DNA from: Candidatus Krumholzibacteriia bacterium | GTDB taxonomy: Bacteria > Krumholzibacteriota > Krumholzibacteriia > JAJRXK01 | Direction: 5' to 3' | NCBI GenBank assembly: GCA_041484665.1 | Contig: JBGPIA010000005.1 | Span: forward strand, 96,001-160,000 | Length of the DNA: 64,000 nucleotides | Part shown: piece after piece, positions 57,550-64,000 of the stretch | Layout of the letters: each line of letters begins with the position of its first letter | How positions within the stretch are numbered: the first letter of the stretch is position 1 | The notes under the pieces: model-generated | What the model was told of the DNA's origin: nothing | What the model saw: the letters and a program-made list of their open reading frames with translations, nothing else | Databases searched by the model: none | Position numbers and translations under genes: made by a program

Positions 57550-58245
57550 CTACGCACCATGGCTGGCGAGCAGCCGGAAATCGCGCACGGAGATCGGCGC
57601 GAAGCGGACGCGATCGCCCGGCGCGAGCCGCGCGGGTGGAGCGTGATCGACGCGGAAAAGCTCGAGCGGAGTCCGTCCGACGATTCGCCAGCCCCCGGGC
57701 GTGGCGAACGGGTAGATGCCCGCCTGCGCGCCTCCAATGGCGACGCTTCCGGCCGGAACTCTCCGGCGCGGGACGGTGAGCCGGGGCGTGGCAATGATCT
57801 CCGGCAACCCGCCCAGGTACGGGAAGCCCGGAACGAAGCCGAGGAAGTGGACAACGTACTCGGCGCAGGAGTGCAGGCGCACCACGTCGTGGGTCGAGAG
57901 TTCGTGCAGGCGCGCGACGTCCTCGAGATCGGGCGCGAACTCGGCCTCGTAGCACACGGGCAGTTCGACTAGACGCCGTTGCGGCTGCGTGCGCTCCGTG
58001 GCGTGGGTGAGGGCCTGGCGCACATCGGATTCGAACCGACCGGGCTCGGCCGATCTGGGGTCGAAGACAGCCAGAATGGACGCGTACGCAGGGTGCAGGT
58101 TGAGCAGACCGGGAATCCGGGCATCCCGGAGCGTCTCGAGCGCCGACAGCACCCGGCCCTGGACCTCCGTGGAGACCTCGTCACCGAGCGTCACGAGAAG
58201 GCCCCGATCGCTCGCCCAGCGGTATGTGGGCTCCAGGAGGCTCAC
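57550..58245 (-). CDS. pxpB: 5-oxoprolinase subunit B
   Basis: PAYAS, PVCY....PDL, LGFVPGFPYL, PR..VPAGSVAIGG.Q.GIYP..TPGGW..VGRT. Confidence 0.93.
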   Translation of the reverse strand: MSLLEPTYRWASDRGLLVTLGDEVSTEVQGRVLSALETLRDARIPGLLNLHPAYASILAVFDPRSAEPGRFESDVRQALTHATERTQPQRRLVELPVCYEAEFAPDLEDVARLHELSTHDVVRLHSCAEYVVHFLGFVPGFPYLGGLPEIIATPRLTVPRRRVPAGSVAIGGAQAGIYPFATPGGWRIVGRTPLELFRVDHAPPARLAPGDRVRFAPISVRDFRLLASHGA

Positions 58246-58333
58246 GCGCAGGAGTGTACCGCAAGGGGGGAGCGATTGCCGATCACGCGGGGGCGGAGAC
58301 TTTGGTGGCGCGCGGGCGCGCTGCCCCACAACT

Positions 58334-58810
58334 TCAGGGCCCGCCGTCCGGGCCGCTTGGGCGGGAAGCACGCAGGCGCTCGAGGGAGGCGCCGGCCTGC
58401 GGCAGCAGCGCCGACTTGGGGAACTGCGCCTCGAACAGCTCCAGCCGCGCGACGGCGTGGTCCACATCGCGTTGCGGATTGAGCAGGTTACCCTCGGCCT
58501 CGGCCCAGCGCAGCAGCGCCTCGGCGCGCACCTCCTCGGGCACGCCCTGCTTCTGGTGGAGGGAATGAAAGAGCGAGATGGAGTCCCCGCACCGACCGTC
58601 GCGCGCAAGAGCCTTGGCGCGCGTCAGCTCGGCCTGCGCGGCAGTGCGGTGGAGCGTGAGCGCAGTGTTCTCGCTGGCGGTCCGCTCTCCGAGGGCATCC
58701 TCGCCCTCGTGGTAGCTGCGGTCGACGGTCGTGCGGGAGCCGCACCCCGACGCGAGGAGCGCGATCAAGGCAACGGCGAGCCCCAAGGACACGAGACGGC
58801 AGCGGTCCAT
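58334..58810 (-). CDS. hypothetical lipoprotein (helical, TPR/BamD-like C-terminus)
   Basis: Signal peptide with lipobox LASGC; NPQRD...A...L....QFPKS pattern. Confidence 0.65.
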   Translation of the reverse strand: MDRCRLVSLGLAVALIALLASGCGSRTTVDRSYHEGEDALGERTASENTALTLHRTAAQAELTRAKALARDGRCGDSISLFHSLHQKQGVPEEVRAEALLRWAEAEGNLLNPQRDVDHAVARLELFEAQFPKSALLPQAGASLERLRASRPSGPDGGP

Positions 58811-59020
58811 GCTGGCCTCGCTTCGCACGACGGGGGCGCCAAGAGAGTGGCGCCGAGACGACAGTGGGGGCGCTTGGAAAGCTGGGGGCGCAAGAGAGGA
58901 TCGCGCCGCCGCCGCTCCAAGCCCAGCGGCGGTCGCGTGCTAACCTGGGCCTCCCCCGGACGTCTTCCAGACAGCAAGCGTCGCCCTGCGATCGACGCAC
59001 CTTCCCATCGGGAGGTTGCC

Positions 59021-59782
59021 ATGATCGCTCCGCTGGGCTCGTTCGCGGTCCCCGCCGTCCGTCCACCCGAAGCGGCGACCACCGCCGCGCAGACTGCCGC
59101 CCGCGCCGCCGCGCTCGCTGCCACTCGTGCCCCGCTGGCGGCCACTCACGCCGCGCTCGCTGCCACTCGTGCCCCGCAGGCTGGCACTCGCGCCGCGCTC
59201 GCGGCAGCCATGGTCATCGCGCTTGCCACCGCCGTGCTCGTCGTGCTGGCGGCCACGCCGGCCAGCGCCAGCGCCGATCCCGAAGTGCTCCGCCTGCTCG
59301 ACGCCGCCCGCGAGGCGTACGCCAGCGGCGAACAACACGCCGCCCTGCTCCACATGGAGCAGGCCCGGGCTCGGATCGAGGCGCAGGCGCGCAGCGTGAG
59401 CGCCGGCGTCCTGCAGAACCTGGCAATCCTCCACGAGAATCTCGCGCGCTACCGGCTCTGCGCCCACGGTCGCTCGCCCGATCTCAACGCAACCTACCAG
59501 ACGACCGTGGAGCTCCTGCTGGTCGTCGAGGGTGCGTACCAACAGCCCCGGAGGCCCTCACACTCCGGCCGGTGGCAGATCGACTTCGACATCGACGGGC
59601 GCCTCCAGCGGATCGGCGAGATGGACGTGGAGTACGTACCCTTCTCGGACCGCATCCGCCGGCTGGGTCCAATCGAGATCGAGTATCAGCCGTTCAGTGA
59701 GGTGCCGCGCCGCATCGGGTGCATCGAGTTCCGTTGGGTTTTCGGCGAGCTGTGGGAGGTAGCCGGCGAAAGTGTGCGGTAG
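59021..59782 (+). CDS. hypothetical exported protein with beta-hairpin-like C-terminal repeats
   Basis: GGAGG RBS; Ala-rich repeat then signal-like segment ending ASA; 17-aa repeats GRLQRIGEMDVEYVPFS / DRIRRLGPIEIEYQPFS / EVPRRIGCIEF. Confidence 0.65.
   Translation: MIAPLGSFAVPAVRPPEAATTAAQTAARAAALAATRAPLAATHAALAATRAPQAGTRAALAAAMVIALATAVLVVLAATPASASADPEVLRLLDAAREAYASGEQHAALLHMEQARARIEAQARSVSAGVLQNLAILHENLARYRLCAHGRSPDLNATYQTTVELLLVVEGAYQQPRRPSHSGRWQIDFDIDGRLQRIGEMDVEYVPFSDRIRRLGPIEIEYQPFSEVPRRIGCIEFRWVFGELWEVAGESVR
59107..59202. repeat. coding tandem repeat (42-bp period built from 21-bp subunits)
   Basis: CGCCGCGCTCGCTGCCACTCGTGCCCCGC at 59107 and 59149, partial at 59191; encodes AALAATR/APLAATH heptads. 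Confidence 0.85.
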
Positions 59783-60002
59783 GCGCTGGGGGCGAGCCGT
59801 TCGATCGCCGCGCGGCCCGGCTCCAATCAAAGCCCCTGCGCGGGACGCGGCGAGGCAGGCGCTGCTAGGCTGCGGATCGCGCTCGCACGCGCGGTTAGAT
59901 GCTTGGCCTCGCCGGAGCGGCCAGCCCGCGAGGCAGCCGGCGACGAACCCTGCAGCTCGAAGTACACTCTGCCCTCCACCCGGGCCAGGAGGGGAGACGA
60001 GC

Positions 60003-61250
60003 GTGCCACGCTTCCAGCAGTTCTTTCGATCGCTGCGCGAGCTCAGCCGGTCGTTCTGGACGGCGAACGTCTCGGAGCTGTTCGAGCGGATCGCCTTCTA
60101 CGGAATGACGCCCGTGCTCGTCCCGTATCTCACGCAGGTCCGCGGCTTCGAGGCCGGCACTGCGATCCGCTTGAGCGGCAACTTCGGTCTGGTCGTGTAC
60201 GGCCTGCCCGTGCTGTCGGGATTCCTGGCCGACCTGCTGGGTTACCGGCGCGCGATGATGCTGGCTTACGGGGTGCTGGCAGCGGGCTACCTGCTGCTGG
60301 GCCGCGCAGGCGGCTTCACCGCCGTGGCCGGATCGCTGCTCCTGATCGCGCTGGGCGCCTCATTGATCAAGCCCACGATCACGGGCACCACCCAGCGCAC
60401 GTGCAGCGAGACGCTGCGGCCGCTGGGCTTCTCCATCTACTACACACTCGTGAACATCGGCGGCTTCCTCGGCCCGAACATCTCGGGGCAGGTCTCCGCG
60501 GCCTTCGGTCCCAGCAGCGTCTTCTGGACGAGCGCCGCGGCGGTGGCCGCCGCGCTGGTGCTCGTGTTGGTGATGTTCCGCGAGCCACCCGCCCCCGAGG
60601 GCGTGACCGAGAAGAAGCGGCTCGGCAGCTTCCTGGCAGACTTCGCCCGGGTGGTGACCAACCCGCGGCTGGTCGTGCTGTTCCTGCTGGTGGCGGGCTT
60701 CTGGAGCCTGTTCTTCCAGTTCTACGGCGCCTTCACGCTGTACATGACTCGCGACCTCGGCCTTTCGCAGCTGCAGGCCAATCGGATCATCTCGCTGGAC
60801 GCGCTGGCCATCATCCTGTTCCAGGTGGTCGTGGGCTACCTCGTGCGCAAGCTGGCGACCTCGCGGGCGGTGTGGATCGCGGCTCTGGTGGCCTCAGGCG
60901 GCATCGCGGTCATCGGGCTGCGCGCGTCGTGGACCACCGCCGCGGCGGGCGTGCTGATCTTCTCCGTCGGTGAAATGATCTACTCGGCGCATTTCTACGC
61001 GTACCTCGGGAAACTCGCCCCTCCCGGGCAGGTCGGGATGTACATGGGCTTTGCCTTCCTGCCGATCGCGCTCGGCAGCTTCCTGTCCGGCCAGATCGGC
61101 GGACCCGTCTCGTCGTACTTCCGCGACACGGTGGGCGAGCCCCGGCTGATGTGGTTCGCCTTTGCGGCGGTGGGCCTGGTCTCGGCGCTGGGGCTGGCGC
61201 TGCTGTCCCGCGTTGCAGAGCGGAAGGAGGCGGTCTCGGGGCGGGGCTAG
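60003..61250 (+). CDS. POT-like MFS transporter
   Basis: ELFERIAFYG (ExxER), KP.I.GT, GFSIYYTLVNIGG, GEM, G.YMG; hydrophobic helices. Confidence 0.85.
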   Translation: MPRFQQFFRSLRELSRSFWTANVSELFERIAFYGMTPVLVPYLTQVRGFEAGTAIRLSGNFGLVVYGLPVLSGFLADLLGYRRAMMLAYGVLAAGYLLLGRAGGFTAVAGSLLLIALGASLIKPTITGTTQRTCSETLRPLGFSIYYTLVNIGGFLGPNISGQVSAAFGPSSVFWTSAAAVAAALVLVLVMFREPPAPEGVTEKKRLGSFLADFARVVTNPRLVVLFLLVAGFWSLFFQFYGAFTLYMTRDLGLSQLQANRIISLDALAIILFQVVVGYLVRKLATSRAVWIAALVASGGIAVIGLRASWTTAAAGVLIFSVGEMIYSAHFYAYLGKLAPPGQVGMYMGFAFLPIALGSFLSGQIGGPVSSYFRDTVGEPRLMWFAFAAVGLVSALGLALLSRVAERKEAVSGRG

Positions 61251-61597
61251 GTCGTTTCGAGGGAGAACGCCGCGATTGCGTCGGCCTCGCTGTCGTAGAC
61301 CTCGAAGATGTTCCGCAGGTCGATCGTGAAGAAGACTTCGTCCACGCGCGGATTCAGGCCAGTGAACTTGAGCCGTCCGCCACAGCGGCGGAAGACGAAG
61401 AAGGCGCGCACGAGCGCGCCCACGCCCGTGCTATCGATCCACGGGACGTCCTCCATGTTCACGATGACATCGAGATTGGACTGCAGGGCGAGCTCGTCGA
61501 GCCTGTCGTGCAGCAGCGCGTACTCATCCGGTCCGGCCATCTTGCCATGCAGGTGCAGGACGACCACCCGACCGGCGCGCTTGGTGTCGATCCGCAT
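61247..61597 (-). CDS. STAS-domain anti-sigma factor antagonist
   Basis: V.WIDSTGVGALV (conserved Ser), GGRLK, FEVYDSEADAIAAF; GGAGAGG RBS. Confidence 0.9.
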   Translation of the reverse strand: MRIDTKRAGRVVVLHLHGKMAGPDEYALLHDRLDELALQSNLDVIVNMEDVPWIDSTGVGALVRAFFVFRRCGGRLKFTGLNPRVDEVFFTIDLRNIFEVYDSEADAIAAFSLETT

Positions 61598-61701
61598 GGC
61601 CTCTCCTGAGGCGCGGGGCAACCTCTAGCTTAGGGGAGGCTTGGCCTTGCGCCAAGCACCGCTTGTACACCGCGGCAGCCGGGATGCCGTAGACGCGGCG
61701 C

Positions 61702-63096
61702 TCAGCTCGCGGCGACCTTGTTCAGTCCGTCCAGCCCAGCCACCTTGTAAGCCTCGGCGAGCGTCGGGTAATTGAACACCGTGTCACGGAAGTAGTGCAT
61801 CGTCCCGCCCAGGGCGAGCACCGCCTGTCCGATGTGCACGATCTCCGTGGCCTGCTCCCCGATCGTGTGCACACCGAGCAGCTTCAGCGAGCGCGGATCG
61901 AACAGGATCTTGAGCAACCCGACCTCGGCGCCGAGCATCTGCCCCTTGGCCAGCTCCGCGTAGCGGGCCACCCCGACCTCGTAGGGCACCTTGGCCTCCG
62001 TCAGCTCCTGCTCCGTTCGGCCCACCATCGAGATCTCCGGGATGGTATAGATCCCATAGGGCAGGAGCTCCCGCCGTTGGATCGGGGCTTCGCCGAACAT
62101 GTGGCAGCTGGCCAGGCGCCCCTGCTCCATGGAGGTAGAAGCCAGCGCGGGGAACCCGATCACATCGCCCGCGGCGTAGATGTGCGGGACGGCGCTGCGG
62201 AAGTGCTCGTCCACCGTGATGCGTCCCCGCGCGTCGGCGGCCAGGCCGGCCGCCGGCAAGTTCAGCAGGTCGGAGTTCGCCTGCCGTCCCACCGCGTGCA
62301 GCAGGCCGTCACCCTGCACCTGCTTGCCGCTCTCCAGCTCGGCGACGACGCGGTGAGCCTCGCTGACGCGCACCGACACGACCTTCTCGCCGAGGCGGAA
62401 GACCACGCCGCGCTGGCGCATGCACCAGGTCAGCGCGTCCACGATCTCGCGGTCCACGAAATCCAGGACCGTGGAACGCTGCTCGATCAGCGTGACGCGC
62501 ATGCCGAGCGCGCTGAACATCGAGGCGTACTCGATGCCGATCACCCCAGCTCCGACCACCATCAGATCGCGCGGGATCCGCTGCGACTGGCCGAGGTCGT
62601 CGGTGTCGAGCACCCGCTCACGGTCGAAGGGGATCGAGGGGTCGCGCGCCGGCCGCGTTCCGCAGGCGATCAGGACATGGGCGGCCTCGACCTGCGCCTG
62701 CCCGGCGCCGGTGTCGACCTCCAGCGTGTGCGGTCCCACGAACCGCGCGGTGCCGTCGAGCACGGCCACGCCGTTGCGCTTCAGCTGCGCCCGCACCACC
62801 TCCGCCTCGCGCGCCACCACCGTCTGCACGCGGAAGGCGAGGTCGGCGGCGGAGATGGTGTCCTTCAGCGAGTAGTCCTTACCGTAGAACGTGCGTTGCT
62901 GGAAGCCGGAGAGGTACAGGATCGCCTCGCGCAGGGTCTTGGACGGGATCGTGCCGGTGTGCAGGCAGGCGCCGCCGATGCGGGCTCTCCGGTCGACGAC
63001 CGCGACGCGCTTGCCGAGCTTGGCGGCCGCGATCGCGCCTTTCTGCCCGGCCGGGCCGGAGCCAATGACAACGAGATCGTACGCTTCTGACGGCAC
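61702..63096 (-). CDS. sthA: soluble pyridine nucleotide transhydrogenase
   Basis: GSGPAGQKGA, GGACLHTGTIPSKTLRE (CxxxxT), GDVIGFPALASTSMEQGR, FNYPTLAEAYKVA. Confidence 0.93.
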   Translation of the reverse strand: MPSEAYDLVVIGSGPAGQKGAIAAAKLGKRVAVVDRRARIGGACLHTGTIPSKTLREAILYLSGFQQRTFYGKDYSLKDTISAADLAFRVQTVVAREAEVVRAQLKRNGVAVLDGTARFVGPHTLEVDTGAGQAQVEAAHVLIACGTRPARDPSIPFDRERVLDTDDLGQSQRIPRDLMVVGAGVIGIEYASMFSALGMRVTLIEQRSTVLDFVDREIVDALTWCMRQRGVVFRLGEKVVSVRVSEAHRVVAELESGKQVQGDGLLHAVGRQANSDLLNLPAAGLAADARGRITVDEHFRSAVPHIYAAGDVIGFPALASTSMEQGRLASCHMFGEAPIQRRELLPYGIYTIPEISMVGRTEQELTEAKVPYEVGVARYAELAKGQMLGAEVGLLKILFDPRSLKLLGVHTIGEQATEIVHIGQAVLALGGTMHYFRDTVFNYPTLAEAYKVAGLDGLNKVAAS

Positions 63097-63460
63097 GCGA
63101 TTCCTCCCGGCGCAGGGTCCAGTCGACCAACGCGGCGCATTCTAGCACGCGCGGCGTGGCAAGGCGCTCCCCGGCCGCAGACGTCAAGACAGGCTGCAGC
63201 CGTGCGGGTCGTTCGCGCGGCCGAGGTCGATGTCGAGCGCGCGGCGCAGCGGCAGCGCATGGTGCAGCCTGGGGTCTGCCGCTGGGCCCAGGCGTGCCTC
63301 CTTGCGGCGGCTCCCACTCGCAGCGTACTGCGTACAACGTTGACCGCGGTCGTCGCGGCGAGGACGATTGCCGGCTCGCCGCTTTGGCGCTGGGCGCCTC
63401 GCCCCGGCCACGAGCGGCCACGGCATCTCGAGTCGCGTCTGGGAAGGGACCAGCGGCGTA

Positions 63461-64000
63461 GTGGACTCCCCGTCGAACAGCCGGCCGGACGCCGGCGCGT
63501 CGCAGAGATCGTCGCACGAGCGCGAGCGGCCCCGCCGCCTGCGTGAGCTGGCGTGGGTGTTCGCGAAGCTCGGGCTGACGGCCTTCGGCGGTCCGGCCGC
63601 CCACATCGCGCTGAAGGAGGAGGAGGTGGTGCGGCGCCGCAGCTGGCTCAGCCGCGAGGAGTTCCTCGATCTACTCGGTGCGACGAATCTCATTCCCGGT
63701 CCGAACTCGACCGAGATGGCGATCCACATTGGCCTGCGGCGCGCAGGCTGGGCAGGGCTGCTGGTGGCCGGTGCTTGCTTCATCATGCCGGCCGTCACCA
63801 TCGTCACGGCGCTCGCTTGGGCGTACGTTCGATTCGGACGCCTGCCCTAGACGGGCGCGCTCCTCCATGGCATCAAGCCGGTGATCATCGCGATCGTGCT
63901 CCAGGCCCTTTGGGGGCTCGGCCGCGCCGCTCTCAAGACCTGGGCCCTGGCCCTGCTCGCCGCTGGTGCCGCCGGCCTGTGCGCGCTCGGGGTGAACGAG
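63461..64000 (+). pseudogene. chrA: chromate efflux transporter interrupted by an in-frame TAG (63848-63850); runs off the window
   Basis: KLGLTAFGGPAAHI, PGPNSTEMAIHIG; after the TAG the frame continues as TGALLHGIKPVIIAIVLQALWGLGR, which is ChrA-like. Confidence 0.8.

Noticed and set aside
63160..63460. Small gene between sthA and chrA (e.g. 63202-63546 + or 62865-63317 -)
   Set aside because: No recognisable motif or RBS, and the ORFs conflict with neighbouring genes; may be regulatory or decayed sequence.
63848..63850. Pyrrolysine or genome-wide amber recoding
   Set aside because: TAG terminates several conserved genes at their normal ends and no pyl genes are in the window.
1..64000. 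Prophage, integrase, toxin-antitoxin or anti-phage defence genes
   Set aside because: No such motifs recognised; the UvrD helicase is a housekeeping PcrA type and the kinase is ECF-linked.

Overview
High-GC bacterial chromosomal segment. Two protein C-terminal signatures (an FlgD-Ig/Por-type tail and a 'TWGxLKxxY' tail) suggest an FCB-associated candidate lineage such as Eisenbacteria, Latescibacterota or Krumholzibacteriota; this is inference only. Positions 1-47.6 kb are mostly core genome: mtnA; rplM-rpsI-rpsB-tsf-pyrH-frr-uppS-cdsA-dxr-rseP; TamA/TamB-like genes; a zincin-PD40-Omp85 fusion; pcrA/uvrD; a secreted M1 aminopeptidase; a TPR protein; gatCAB; a MeaB/B12-domain/acyl-CoA catabolic cluster; ispH-fni; and a GldAFG-like ABC system. 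Positions 47.6-64 kb look more accessory: a hydrolase, two POT/MFS peptide transporters, an ECF sigma + Ser/Thr kinase-DUF4384 pair, pxpB-pxpC-MFS-pxpA, a STAS protein, sthA and a chrA with an in-frame TAG. The most unusual non-coding feature is a ~500-nt nested inverted-repeat element (15982-16488) with a perfect 36-bp outer stem and mutually exclusive internal pairings, lying between tamB and the Omp85-peptidase promoter. Also notable are degenerate tandem arrays that begin exactly at stop codons (cdsA, rseP, meaB) and a structured 1.1-kb non-coding block at 47.6-48.7 kb. I recognised no rRNA, tRNA, cas or transposase genes. All family assignments come from motif recognition by eye, not database searches.
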